NCBI GenBank assembly: GCA_963813535.1
Contig: CAWEZH010000002.1
Span: 704,001 to 768,000, forward strand
Origin: an uncultured Chloroflexia bacterium
GTDB lineage: Bacteria; Chloroflexota; Limnocylindria; Limnocylindrales; CSP1-4
Direction: 5' to 3'
DNA: 64,000 bases
How positions within the stretch are numbered: the first letter of the stretch is position 1; each line of letters opens with the position of its first letter. The translations under genes were made by a program, and so were the position numbers. Below, piece after piece: positions 47,754-57,644 of the stretch. The notes under the pieces are model-generated. The model was not told where the DNA came from and did no database searches. It worked only from the letters and a program-made list of their open reading frames with translations.

Positions 47754-49885
47754 CACACGACCGGTAGCCGCCGGTCCTCCGGCACCGACGCCAGACGGGC
47801 GGCGAGGACCTCGCTGATGTCCATGGCGTTCACCGCCGTCCCGCCGTCGGCGGCCGCCAGACCGTCGGTCATCATGACCATGCAGAACGGGCAGGCCGTC
47901 GCGACCGTCGAGGCGCCTGTCTCGAGCACCTGGCGCGTCCGTTCGACGTTGATGCGCGTCCCGCGCGTCTCCTCCATCCACATCCGACCACCGCCGGCGC
48001 CACAGCAGAAGGTGTCCTTGCCGCTCTTGGCCATCTCGGTGACGGCGATGCCGGCCGCGCCCAGCACCTCTCGCGGCGCCTGGATCACGCCGTTGTAGCG
48101 GGCGAGATAGCACGAGTCGTGGACCGTCACGCTGCCGGGTCGATGGTCGCCGGTCGACGATTCGGCATCCTCCGGCAGCGTCGCGAGACGTCCGGAGGCG
48201 ACGAGCTCTGACAGGTACGTCGAGTGGTGGACGATGCGGAACGAGCCGCCGAGCTGCCCGTATTCGTTGCCGATCGTGTTGAAGCAATGCGGGCAGGCGG
48301 TCACGATCGTCCGCTCGCCCATCCCGTAGCGGTTCAGCGTCTCGACCGCCCCGGAGGCGAGGATCTGGAACACGTAGTCGTTGCCCATCCGTCGGGCCGG
48401 GTCACCCGTACACGACTCTTCCTGGCCGAGCACCGCGAATGACACGCCCGCCGCGTGCAGACACGTCGCCACCGCCCGAGCGACCTTCTGGTTGCGGGGA
48501 TCGAATGCCGCTGCGCAGCCGACCCAGTAGAGGACCTCGAGGTCGTCGATGCCACCATCGGCCGCGAGCGACGCGACCGTCGGCACCTCGAACGGCAGGG
48601 GCTTGGTCCAGTCCATCCGTTGCGAGGCCGGCTGACCCCAGGGATTGCCCTGCCCCTCCATCGAGCGGAAGGCGGCGGTGAGCTCCTGCGGGAAGCGTGA
48701 CTCCTCGAGCACGAGGTTCCGGCGCAGGCCGACGATCTTGTCGACGTGCTCGATCAGCACCGGGCAGGCCTCGACGCATGCACCGCAGGTGACGCAGTCC
48801 CACACCGCGTCGTAGGGGATCGCGTCGTCCACGATCGGCTTGGCCAAAGCGGTCGCGGCGGGTCGCGCATCGTCGAGGCCGTACGTCTCGCGGACGATCG
48901 GCGAGTTCGGGATGAGGTTGAGGCCGTGCTCGGCTTCGACCGACATGTCCCGGATGCCCATGATGAAGGTCTTGGGGTTGAGCGGCTTGCCGGTGTTCCA
49001 GGCCGGGCAGGCCTCCTGGCAGCGGCCGCATTCCGTGCAGGTGAACCCGTCGAGCAGGTCCTTCCAGCCGAGGTCCTGTAGTGACTTCAGGCCGAACGTC
49101 GCGTTCTCGTCCTCGAGGTCCATCTGCGGCAGCTCGCCGCGCGGCGCGAGCTTGCGGAACCAGATGTTCGGGAAGCTCGTGGCGATGTGGAGGTGCTTGC
49201 TGAACGGCAGGTAGATCAGGAACGCCGCGACGAGCGCGATGTGCGCCCACCAGAAGACCGCGAACAGCGTCTCCAGCGTTTCCGGGGCGAGGGCGGCTCG
49301 CAGTGGCGCGGCGAGCGCCGCGGACACGAACGCACCGGGTTGGTCGCCGTGGGCCGCAAATTCGAACGCCTCGGCGAGGAGCTCGGTCGCGACGACCCCG
49401 CCGATCATCGACAAGATGATCAGGGCGTCGCGGTTGTACGTGAGTCGCCGCGGTTTGGTGATGAGCCGCCGGACGAACGCCCACCCGATCGACACCAGGA
49501 CGATCACGGCCACGACGTTCTGCATCGCGCTCACGAGCGCCCACAGCAGCCCGTCGAACGGGATCGACAGGATCTGCTCGAGGAGGCCGCCGGTCACGAT
49601 GTTGACGGTGCCGATCGTGAGGAGGACGAAGCCCCAGAAGATGCCGGCGTGCATCAGCCCGGCGCGCCAGTCCTTGAACATCTTGGTCTGGACGAACGCG
49701 TACTCCATCAGGCCGACGACGCGGCGTGGAAATTCGGAGAACGGGTTCGGACCTTCGGCGCGCACCGCGGCGAACACCCGGAGGTGGCGCGCCATCGCCA
49801 GGACGAACACGGTCGCCGCGCCCCAGAACAAGGGGAATACGAGCGGGTAGTACGGGACCTCGGTGAACGGCCCGAAGAGGGTCAT
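47753..49885 (-). CDS. Membrane Fe-S oxidoreductase (FadF/heterodisulfide reductase-like; candidate ETF:quinone oxidoreductase)
   Basis: N-terminal TMs with His residues (cytochrome b-like), two CxxCxxCxxxCP, two CCG domains (CTGD, CPHC, HDSC, CCGAGG, CPFC). Confidence 0.9.
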   Translation of the reverse strand: MTLFGPFTEVPYYPLVFPLFWGAATVFVLAMARHLRVFAAVRAEGPNPFSEFPRRVVGLMEYAFVQTKMFKDWRAGLMHAGIFWGFVLLTIGTVNIVTGGLLEQILSIPFDGLLWALVSAMQNVVAVIVLVSIGWAFVRRLITKPRRLTYNRDALIILSMIGGVVATELLAEAFEFAAHGDQPGAFVSAALAAPLRAALAPETLETLFAVFWWAHIALVAAFLIYLPFSKHLHIATSFPNIWFRKLAPRGELPQMDLEDENATFGLKSLQDLGWKDLLDGFTCTECGRCQEACPAWNTGKPLNPKTFIMGIRDMSVEAEHGLNLIPNSPIVRETYGLDDARPAATALAKPIVDDAIPYDAVWDCVTCGACVEACPVLIEHVDKIVGLRRNLVLEESRFPQELTAAFRSMEGQGNPWGQPASQRMDWTKPLPFEVPTVASLAADGGIDDLEVLYWVGCAAAFDPRNQKVARAVATCLHAAGVSFAVLGQEESCTGDPARRMGNDYVFQILASGAVETLNRYGMGERTIVTACPHCFNTIGNEYGQLGGSFRIVHHSTYLSELVASGRLATLPEDAESSTGDHRPGSVTVHDSCYLARYNGVIQAPREVLGAAGIAVTEMAKSGKDTFCCGAGGGRMWMEETRGTRINVERTRQVLETGASTVATACPFCMVMMTDGLAAADGGTAVNAMDISEVLAARLASVPEDRRLPVV

Positions 49886-50388
49886 CGGTCGGCGACGCCG
49901 GCGGCCGGTTCGGCCTCGTCGTGATCGAACGGGCCCGCGAGCGTCTCGAGCGCATGGTCGAGCACGGGCTCGATGGCTGCCAACGATTCCAGCGCGCCGC
50001 GGGGACTGCCCGGCAGGTTGACGACCAGCGCTCGTCCGATGACGCCGACCACGCCCCGCGAGAGGTCGGCGAGGGGCGTCGACTGCCGGCCGGCCGCGCG
50101 CATCGCCTCGGCGAGGCCGGGCACCTCGTAGTCGATCGCGTCGCGCGTCGCCTGGGGGGTCACGTCGCGCGGGGTCAGCCCGGTACCGCCGGTCGTCACG
50201 ATCAGCTCGTTCTTCTGAGCTGACGAGTGGAGGATCTCGGTGAGCGCCGCTCGCTCGTCGGGCAGGACCTCGCGCTGGACGGAGAACCCGAGAGCTTCCA
50301 GCCGCCGGCCGACCCCGGCGCCGGATGTGTCCTCGCGGGCGCCGTGGGCGACGCCATCGCTGGCGGTGATCACGAGCGCGCGCCTCAC
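49882..50388 (-). CDS. MogA/MoaB molybdopterin adenylyltransferase
   Basis: [27 protein letters not shown]. Confidence 0.93.
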   Translation of the reverse strand: MRRALVITASDGVAHGAREDTSGAGVGRRLEALGFSVQREVLPDERAALTEILHSSAQKNELIVTTGGTGLTPRDVTPQATRDAIDYEVPGLAEAMRAAGRQSTPLADLSRGVVGVIGRALVVNLPGSPRGALESLAAIEPVLDHALETLAGPFDHDEAEPAAGVADR

Positions 50389-51017
50389 GTCGGTCGGCGT
50401 CCGCCGCCGCGCGAACCCTGCCGTGGCGGTTTGCCGATGCGTCCCGCGGCGCGGGCTCCGGGGCGGTGGGTGCGCGACGCGCTCGGCGGATCGGTCTCCT
50501 GGCGCACCCAGTCGCCGCTCTTGCCCCCGCTCTTGGCGATCAGCCGAACACCGCCGATGGTGACGCCGCGCTCGACGCCCTTGACCATGTCGTACACGGT
50601 GAGGGCGGCGATCGACACGGCGGTCATCGCCTCCATCTCGACGCCGGTCTGACCGGTCGTGGCTGCCTCGGCGCGGATCCGAAGCGCACTGCTCGCCCGG
50701 TCGGGCGTGATCGTCACCTGGAGGTCCGTGAGCGGGAGCGGGTGGCAGAGCGGTATCAGCTCGCTGGTCCGCTTGGCGCCCATGACACCGGCGAGCTCGG
50801 CCACACCCAGGACATCGCCCTTCGCGCCGCCGCCATCGATGACGAGGCTGAGGGTCTCGTCCGACATCGACACCATCGCCTCGGCGACCGCACGGCGGGC
50901 CGTCACGGGTTTCCCGCTGACATCGACCATCCGCGGCCGACCGCTGCGGTCGACGTGCGACAGCCGTCGCCGCTCCGCCCGTGGTGCCGGCGTTCGTCCC
51001 GCCTTGGGATCCATCAC
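50385..51017 (-). CDS. moaC: Cyclic pyranopterin monophosphate synthase MoaC
   Basis: MVDVS.K, KGDVL, LIPLCHP, TGVEMEA, YDM.K, KSGGKSG. Confidence 0.96.
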   Translation of the reverse strand: MMDPKAGRTPAPRAERRRLSHVDRSGRPRMVDVSGKPVTARRAVAEAMVSMSDETLSLVIDGGGAKGDVLGVAELAGVMGAKRTSELIPLCHPLPLTDLQVTITPDRASSALRIRAEAATTGQTGVEMEAMTAVSIAALTVYDMVKGVERGVTIGGVRLIAKSGGKSGDWVRQETDPPSASRTHRPGARAAGRIGKPPRQGSRGGGRRPT

Positions 51018-51066
51018 GTCCCGAGGATACCGGCCCGCCGGGCCACAGGAGCGCTGCGTCGACGCC

Positions 51067-52431
51067 TCAGGCCCGGTCGATCCACCAGAGCTCGACCTCG
51101 GCGCCAGCTGAGAGGGTGTCGTTCGCCTCGGGGATCACGGCCAGCGCATCGGCCGTCGCCAGGGCCGACAGCACGTGGCTCCCCTGCCCGCCCGCACCGC
51201 CGGACAGGTGGACCGTGACACGGCCCCGGTCGTCGCGGCGAGGGGTTCCATGCTCGTCGCGATCGGCCGTGACGCGGACGAAGCCACGTCGTCCGGTCGA
51301 CTTCGTGACGTCGTCGGCGAGCACGGCACGGTCGACCGGCCGGAACAGCGCGTCGTCGCGATGTCCCGCGAGCCGGCGCAACGCGGGCCGGACGAACAGC
51401 TCGAAGGTGACGAAGGTCGACACCGGGTTGCCCGGCAGCCCGAAGAGCAGCGTGGGCGGCCGGTCCGGGTCGGTGCCGTCGTCACCCGGGGCTCGGGCCG
51501 TGCCGAAGGCGAACGGCTTGCCCGGCTGGACGGCGACGCGCCACAGGTCGATCTCGCCGAACTCGGCGAACGCGGCGCGGACGACGTCATATGGACCGAC
51601 CGAGACGCCGCCGGACACGATGATCGCGTCCGCCCCACCGACCAGACCCGCACAAAGCCGGGAACGCACGTCGTCGAACCGATCCGCGGCGATGCCCAGC
51701 GCGTCGGGATGGCCGCCTGCGGCCTCGACCATGGCCATGAGGGCTGGGCCGTTCGCGTCGGGGATCCCGGCAGCCCCGAGATCGGCACCGCGGGTCCGCA
51801 CCTCGTCGCCCGTCGCGAGGATGCTGACGCGCGGCCGGCGATGGACGTCGACCGTCTCGAGCCCGACGCCGGCAGCGAGACCGATCACGGCGGGGGTCAG
51901 TACCGTGCTCGGCTCGATGATCGGCGTCCCCGCCGACAGGTCGCTCCCCATGGTCCGGATCGACCCGCCGGCCGGGATCCTGGCATGTGCCGCGATCCCC
52001 GCGGGCAGCGGCCCGGTCGCATCCCGGCCGCGCTCACCGGCGACCGCCCCGCTCGCATCGAGCGGCGTGGTCTGCTCGACGGGGATGACGGCATCGGCCC
52101 CGGGCGGGACGGGTGCACCGGTCGCGATGCGGACGGTCGTGCCGCGCCGGACCTCGGTGTCAGGCGGCTGGCCTGCCGCGACCTCGCCGATCACCTCGAG
52201 CGTGGCGGGCGTGTCCTCGGAGGCGTCGGCCGTGTCACCGGACCGGATCGCGTAGCCGTCCATCGCCGAGTTGTCCCACGGTGGGAGGGCGATCGGGCTC
52301 GTCACGCGCGCCGCCGCAACCCGGCCGAGTGCCTCGGACAGCCAGGCCACTTCCGTCGGCGTCGGACCCGCGATCGCGGCGAAGACGCGCTCGCGCGCCT
52401 CCTCGACGCTGAGCAGTCGGTCACCGCTCAC
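51067..52431 (-). CDS. moeA: Molybdopterin molybdotransferase MoeA
   Basis: [41 protein letters not shown]. Confidence 0.95.
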   Translation of the reverse strand: MSGDRLLSVEEARERVFAAIAGPTPTEVAWLSEALGRVAAARVTSPIALPPWDNSAMDGYAIRSGDTADASEDTPATLEVIGEVAAGQPPDTEVRRGTTVRIATGAPVPPGADAVIPVEQTTPLDASGAVAGERGRDATGPLPAGIAAHARIPAGGSIRTMGSDLSAGTPIIEPSTVLTPAVIGLAAGVGLETVDVHRRPRVSILATGDEVRTRGADLGAAGIPDANGPALMAMVEAAGGHPDALGIAADRFDDVRSRLCAGLVGGADAIIVSGGVSVGPYDVVRAAFAEFGEIDLWRVAVQPGKPFAFGTARAPGDDGTDPDRPPTLLFGLPGNPVSTFVTFELFVRPALRRLAGHRDDALFRPVDRAVLADDVTKSTGRRGFVRVTADRDEHGTPRRDDRGRVTVHLSGGAGGQGSHVLSALATADALAVIPEANDTLSAGAEVELWWIDRA

Positions 52432-53126
52432 GGGCGCGTGCCCTGCAGCGTGGCCGCGGCCGGCACGGATCGAGCGCTCTGCGTGAGTCGGCGCGTGGCC
52501 ACGGCGGCGACGACCGCCGCCACGACGATGGACACGGCGCCGACCGCGATCGCGGTCTCCTGCCAGAACTGGAACGGGAAGAGCTGGACGAGCCTGTCCG
52601 TGGCGGGGTCGAACGTGTAGGAACCGCCCGCGAAGAACAGTCGATGGAAGGTCTCGAACAGCGCGTCGAACGCCACGAAGGAGAGGACGCCCCCGACCGC
52701 GAGGAGCACGATGAGCCCCACCGCCCCAGCTCGCACGGCCCGCCACGACGCCACGCGGTCGTCGCCTCGTCTCCGGGCGGCGACCAGAAGCCCCGTCGCG
52801 CCGACGAGGATGGCCAGGGCGAAGAAGCCCATGAACACGCCTCGGACGTCGCGCATGTGGCCCCGCTCCCGTTCATCCAGGACGGGCGCACCGCCGACCG
52901 CCGCGTCGAAGTCGGGCGGCCCGAAGACCAGGTCGGCCAGGATCGAGTCGGTCGCCTGCCGGAGGTCCGGTTCCGTGAACCCCGTCCACGCCGAAGCCTG
53001 GGCACGACCCTGCTCGAACGCCACCCACACGGGGTTGAGGAACAGCGGGATCGTCAGCGCCACGATGGCGAGACCGGTCGCGACCGCGATCCAGACGTCA
53101 CCGATCCGGCTCAGGGGCGTGCGCAC
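52428..53126 (-). CDS. DUF1461/TIGR01906 membrane protein (lipoprotein intramolecular transacylase Lit-like)
   Basis: E..HM.DVR, F..LF..FH.LFF, F.P..D.L..LFP..F. Confidence 0.78.
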   Translation of the reverse strand: MRTPLSRIGDVWIAVATGLAIVALTIPLFLNPVWVAFEQGRAQASAWTGFTEPDLRQATDSILADLVFGPPDFDAAVGGAPVLDERERGHMRDVRGVFMGFFALAILVGATGLLVAARRRGDDRVASWRAVRAGAVGLIVLLAVGGVLSFVAFDALFETFHRLFFAGGSYTFDPATDRLVQLFPFQFWQETAIAVGAVSIVVAAVVAAVATRRLTQSARSVPAAATLQGTRP

Positions 53127-53152
53127 CCGGGCATCGTAGCCCGAACCGGGCG

Positions 53153-53542
53153 CTACTCCTCTTCGAGGGTCTTGGCTTGCTCCCACCAGCCCGACACGGT
53201 CATGTCGTCAGGTGGCTCTCGCTTCAGCTCGGTGGCCGCACGGTGGATGCGCTCGCCGAACGCGTCGAGCGACAGGCTGAGGATGTCGCGGAGGCCGTCG
53301 ACCTCGGCCTGGATCATCAACTGGTGGTCAGCAGGACCGAAGCTCGCGAGGTTGAGCATCAGCGCCTCGTCGCGCCATTCGTTGACGTCATTGATCGTCG
53401 CGTCGACCTGGTCGGCGAGGTACTGGCGCCGGGTCGGCGTCTCGGAGCGCTCGAGCAGCAGGCCCGTCGTGAATGTGCCCTGCTTCTCGAGACGCGCGAG
53501 GTGGGCGGGCTCGATGCGGGTGAGCTCGTTGATCGGCGGCAT
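53153..53542 (-). CDS. DUF4332-like protein
   Basis: I..L..I.P....L...G..T...LL, C-terminal P....V..W..QAK; leaderless-type start. Confidence 0.7.
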   Translation of the reverse strand: MPPINELTRIEPAHLARLEKQGTFTTGLLLERSETPTRRQYLADQVDATINDVNEWRDEALMLNLASFGPADHQLMIQAEVDGLRDILSLSLDAFGERIHRAATELKREPPDDMTVSGWWEQAKTLEEE

Positions 53543-53613
53543 GGCGGCGATGATACCGGCGCGGACGACCCCCCCGTGACCGACGGCGGCCCGGCCCAAC
53601 CCCAGGGGGATGA

Positions 53614-54220
53614 TCAGCGGCGGGACTGGGGACCGCGCATCGGGCCGACCGGCTGACCGGCCGCGGACGCCTCGATGAGCGCGTCGACCCGACGAGCACG
53701 CGTCTCGGGCTTCTTGGCACTTGCGACCCAGTACGTGATCGTCCGGCGGTAGCCACGGCGGGCGACGCTCCCAGTCGGCCCACGCTGCGTCGTCTGCCTT
53801 GAGCCGCGCGATCTCGTCGTCGCTCAGTCTCGCCTCGTCACGCTCGTACGAGTAGATCGCCGTCTTCTCCGGATCACGCGCCTCGTACGCCGCCAGCCCA
53901 GCCGGTCGCATCCGACCCTGCTTCCTGAGTTCGGCGACCTTCGCGACGTTGATGGCGCTCCAGATGCTGCGCTTGCGCCGCGGCGTAAACCGTTGCGCCG
54001 AGCGCTCCCCGTCGATCGAGTAGCGCACGCTGTCGATCCAGCCGACGCAGAGCGCCTCGTCGACCGCCTCGGACCAGCTGACGGTCGGGCGCCCGGTCGA
54101 CTTCTTGTGGTAGCCGAGCCAGAGCTCGTCGGCGGTCGCATGGTTCGCGTCGAACCAGTCGCGCAGGGCATCGGTCGACTCGAGGAAGAGGACGTCGTCC
54201 GGGTCCGGTCGCGAGGTCAC
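53614..54220 (-). CDS. YdeI/OmpD-associated family protein, frameshift ~53755
   Basis: W...H....LW.G..K, EALC.GWIDS, FTPRR..S.WS..N, SAKKPETR.RR. Confidence 0.85.
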
Positions 54221-55650
54221 GTGCCGACGCTACTGCGCGCCGCCTGGCGGAGCAGCTCCCAGGCCCGCTCGACATGGCGTGGCTCCGTGCGCAGGTTCCC
54301 GACCGACAGCCGGATCGTGAACCTGCCCGCGAGTCGGGTATGCGACAGGAACACCTCACCGGTCCGGTTCACGGCGTCGATGATCGCGGCGTTCCGCGCG
54401 TCGAGCTCCTCCTCGGTCACGCCCCGACCAGGGTTCCAGCGGAAGCAGACCGTCGCGAACGGAACGGGCGACAGCCGCTCCCACGCCGGATCGTCGTCGA
54501 CCCAGCCGGCGACGTCCTGGGCCATCCCGATGTGCCGCTCGATCCGACGCCGAAGCCCATCGAGCCCGAACCAGCGGAGCTGCAGCCAGAGCTTGAGCGC
54601 TCGGAACCGGCGCCCCAGCTGCGGCTGGTACTCGGTGTAGTCGCGGACCGGCGTGTCGCGATCGAGCGTGCGCAGGTATTCGGGCACGAGGCTGAACGCC
54701 GACCGCAGGTCGGCCATGCGCCGGGTGAGGAGCAGCGACGCGTCGAGTGGCGTGAACAACCACTTGTGCGGGTTGACGACGATCGACTCGGCACGTTCCC
54801 AGCCGTCGAACGGTGCTCGACGCTCCGGGATCAAGGCCACGGCCCCGGCATAGGCCGAGTCGACGTGGAGCCACAGCCCGTGCCGTTGCGCGACGTCGGC
54901 GATCTGGGCGACGGGGTCGATCGCGGTCGACGAGGTCGTCCCGATCGTGGCGACGACCGCGATCGGCAGCCGGCCGGCTCCTCGATCGGCCCCGATCGCG
55001 GCGTCGAGCGCTTCCGGACGCATGGCGAACGCGTCATCGACCGGGATCCGGACGAGGCCCTCGCGGCCGATGCCGAGCGTCATGCACGCCTTCTCGATCG
55101 AGCTGTGCGCCTCCTGCGAGGCGTAGACGCGGATCGGTGGGACGTCGGGCCGGCCGGCCAGCCCGCGCGCCGCGATGTCAAGTCCCGTCGCTTCGCGTGC
55201 CGCTGCGAGCGCGATCAGCGACGAGGTCGATGCTGTGTCGGTCAACAGACCATCGAACCCGACGGGCAGCCCGAGCCCCTGGCGCAGCCAGTCGACGACG
55301 ACCTCCTCGAGCTCGGTGCCGATCGGCGACGTCCTCCAGAGCATCGGGTTCTGGCCGAGCGACGCGGTCAGCATCTCGCCGAGGATGCCGGGCCCCGACG
55401 CTGTCGTCGCGAAGTACGCCATGAAGCCCGGGTGCTGCCAGTGCGTCGCATTGGGGACGACCAGCCGGTCGTAATCCGCGAGGATCGCGTCGATCGCCTC
55501 GGCTGTCTCGGGCGGCTCGCTCGGGAATGTGGGTCGCAGCGAGCCGGGCTCGATCGGAGGGAAGACGGCGTGGTCCTCGACGTGCTCGAGGTACTCGGCG
55601 ATCAGGTCGGCGACCTGATGGGCGGCCGCCCGGAACGCGGCGGCATCCAT
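54217..55650 (-). CDS. PLP-dependent group II decarboxylase (aromatic L-amino acid decarboxylase-like)
   Basis: HWQHP.F.AYF, AHSSIEKA, HVD.AYAG, NPHKWL, LGRRFRALKLW; alternative CTG start at 55704. Confidence 0.92.
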   Translation of the reverse strand: MDAAAFRAAAHQVADLIAEYLEHVEDHAVFPPIEPGSLRPTFPSEPPETAEAIDAILADYDRLVVPNATHWQHPGFMAYFATTASGPGILGEMLTASLGQNPMLWRTSPIGTELEEVVVDWLRQGLGLPVGFDGLLTDTASTSSLIALAAAREATGLDIAARGLAGRPDVPPIRVYASQEAHSSIEKACMTLGIGREGLVRIPVDDAFAMRPEALDAAIGADRGAGRLPIAVVATIGTTSSTAIDPVAQIADVAQRHGLWLHVDSAYAGAVALIPERRAPFDGWERAESIVVNPHKWLFTPLDASLLLTRRMADLRSAFSLVPEYLRTLDRDTPVRDYTEYQPQLGRRFRALKLWLQLRWFGLDGLRRRIERHIGMAQDVAGWVDDDPAWERLSPVPFATVCFRWNPGRGVTEEELDARNAAIIDAVNRTGEVFLSHTRLAGRFTIRLSVGNLRTEPRHVERAWELLRQAARSSVGT

Positions 55651-55700
55651 GTCGACCAGGCCATCGACTTGGGCGGCGTCGAGGGCGGACTTGGACGTGG

Positions 55701-56579
55701 TCAGACGGACTCCCCGACTTGGGACAGGATCGAGCTCACCTGCGATCCGAGGAAGATGAGGGCGACGATGCTCAGCAAGGGGATCAGCAGGAGGATCAAG
55801 AGGATCACGACGCAGCCGATCGCGAGGCCATTGCCGGCGTTGACTGGTCGCACGACGGCAGAGTTGGCCAGTCGATCGTGGAGACCCTGCTTCGTCGGGC
55901 TCGCGGCCGTCGTGATGAGCAGGACCAGCGCCCAGAGGAAATACAGGCTGCTGGCGCCGGCCAGTCCGGGTACGAACCCGATCAGCCAGATGAACTCCCC
56001 GAAGCCGAGCCAGCGACGGATGGCCTGGTCCAGGGTGAGCGGCCGACCGTCGAATGCATTGCCGACCTGGATCTTGAGCAGACGCTGGCCGAGCGTCGCC
56101 CGCCGGCCGCCGCTCCATGACCCGATGAAGTAGAGCGCGCTGACCGCCAGACCCACGATGGTGAGCTCGTTCGCGAAAAAGAGCTCGTTGTAGTCGACTT
56201 GACTCGTCGGTGAGTCGAACGTGGTCGTGACCGCGGTGCCGACGCCGAGGATGCTCCCGATCACGGCTCCGATCAACGTCAGCAGAAGGCCGTCGATGAA
56301 CCAGGCAGCGACCCTCGGGATCGTGTCCGAGAACGCGAGTCCGGGCGCCACCTCCTGGCGGACAGGCGCAGGAGGAGCCCAGCCGACGCCAGGCGGAAGG
56401 CCACTGGCGGTCGGTTCGGGCGGGTTCGGCGCGGTCGCGGGCGCTGTCGGCTCCGGCGGCCCGCCGGTGGTCGTCGCGGCCACAGGTGGGGTGTACGGCG
56501 CGGTGTCGGCGCCCGGATCGGACGACGGTGGCCGATCGTCGGTCGGACGATCGCCTGATCCGGGCGGTCCGCTGGTCAT
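55701..56579 (-). CDS. RDD family membrane protein
   Basis: Pro-rich N-terminus, R.AAWFID, ATLGQR, QGLHDRLA. Confidence 0.85.
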   Translation of the reverse strand: MTSGPPGSGDRPTDDRPPSSDPGADTAPYTPPVAATTTGGPPEPTAPATAPNPPEPTASGLPPGVGWAPPAPVRQEVAPGLAFSDTIPRVAAWFIDGLLLTLIGAVIGSILGVGTAVTTTFDSPTSQVDYNELFFANELTIVGLAVSALYFIGSWSGGRRATLGQRLLKIQVGNAFDGRPLTLDQAIRRWLGFGEFIWLIGFVPGLAGASSLYFLWALVLLITTAASPTKQGLHDRLANSAVVRPVNAGNGLAIGCVVILLILLLIPLLSIVALIFLGSQVSSILSQVGESV

Positions 56580-57604
56580 ACCGGATTACTGGGCAGTGAC
56601 TCGATGTACTCCTGGATCTGCGGCATCGCTGCTGCGAAGAAGATCGTCGTCGCGACGAACCCGAGCAGGATGATCAGCACACCCCACACGAGGCAGCCGG
56701 CAAAGGTCGCCCCGTTGCCGCTCGTCACGGAGCGGATGACAAGGGAGTTCGCCCACTTGTCGTGGAGGCCCTGACGACGATCGTTCGTGACGGTCGTGAA
56801 GAACAGGAAGACCCAGAGCGCGAATTGGATCAGACCCTGCGATGCCTGCAACGCCGGGACAAGCGTGAGCAGGCTGAGTGGCCACCCAAGGGCGATCCAG
56901 CGTTTGGTCGCCTGGACGACGGTCAGCCCACCACCGCTGCCGGCATCGACGAGCCGCATCTTGAGCCCGATCATCCCCGGCGTCGCACGCCAGCGGCTGG
57001 TCCAGAACCCGACGAAGTACAGGTACTGGATGCCAAGCCCGATGAGGGTCACGAGGACGAGGTCGAGCGTGAGCGGGATCGAGTAAGCGGTGGTCGCGTT
57101 GAAGCCTCCGGTCGGGTCGCGTTGCGCCTGCTCGAGTGCGTCGGTGATGATCCGCGACCAGTCGATGAGGACGAGGCTGAGAGCGGCAGGCACGATCCCC
57201 GCGATCGTGATGTCGATCAGCCAGGCCACGAAGCGGGCGCCGACCCCCGCGATGACATAGCCGTCCTGCTGTGGCGCTGCTGCCGCGGCTGCCGGGACCT
57301 CCCAGCCACCTGTCGGGGCGACCGGCGGCGGAACGGCACCCTGGCTGGGCTGCTCCCAGCCGGAGGCTGGTGGCGTCGGGGTCGCGCTGATGATCGGGCC
57401 CGCAGCAGCTGCCGGCGGCACGTCGCCGGCCGGCGGCGGCGCGTCGGGCGTCGGCGGCTCGGCCGCGTCGCCCGGGCCGCCCTCAGCAGCCGGCTTCTCG
57501 GGTTCGGGCTCCGGCGGCGTCCACGCGACGGTCGGCTCGTTCTCGGGTCCGCCATCGCCCCCCGGCTGGTCCGGTCGAGGGCGGTCGTCGGGTGGTTGGG
57601 TCAT
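56576..57604 (-). CDS. RDD family membrane protein
   Basis: Pro-rich N-terminus, RFVAWLID, ATPG, QGLHDK.A. Confidence 0.85.
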   Translation of the reverse strand: MTQPPDDRPRPDQPGGDGGPENEPTVAWTPPEPEPEKPAAEGGPGDAAEPPTPDAPPPAGDVPPAAAAGPIISATPTPPASGWEQPSQGAVPPPVAPTGGWEVPAAAAAAPQQDGYVIAGVGARFVAWLIDITIAGIVPAALSLVLIDWSRIITDALEQAQRDPTGGFNATTAYSIPLTLDLVLVTLIGLGIQYLYFVGFWTSRWRATPGMIGLKMRLVDAGSGGGLTVVQATKRWIALGWPLSLLTLVPALQASQGLIQFALWVFLFFTTVTNDRRQGLHDKWANSLVIRSVTSGNGATFAGCLVWGVLIILLGFVATTIFFAAAMPQIQEYIESLPSNPV

Positions 57605-57644
57605 GGTCCTTCCCTTCCCTGCGAGGCCCCCATGATACGGACCG

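Noticed and set aside
53153-54220. Apparent YdeI-DUF4332 fusion protein (355 aa)
   Set aside because: Created by a +1 indel near 53755; the DUF4332 gene has its own -10 and ATG, and YdeI has a normal C-terminus in another frame
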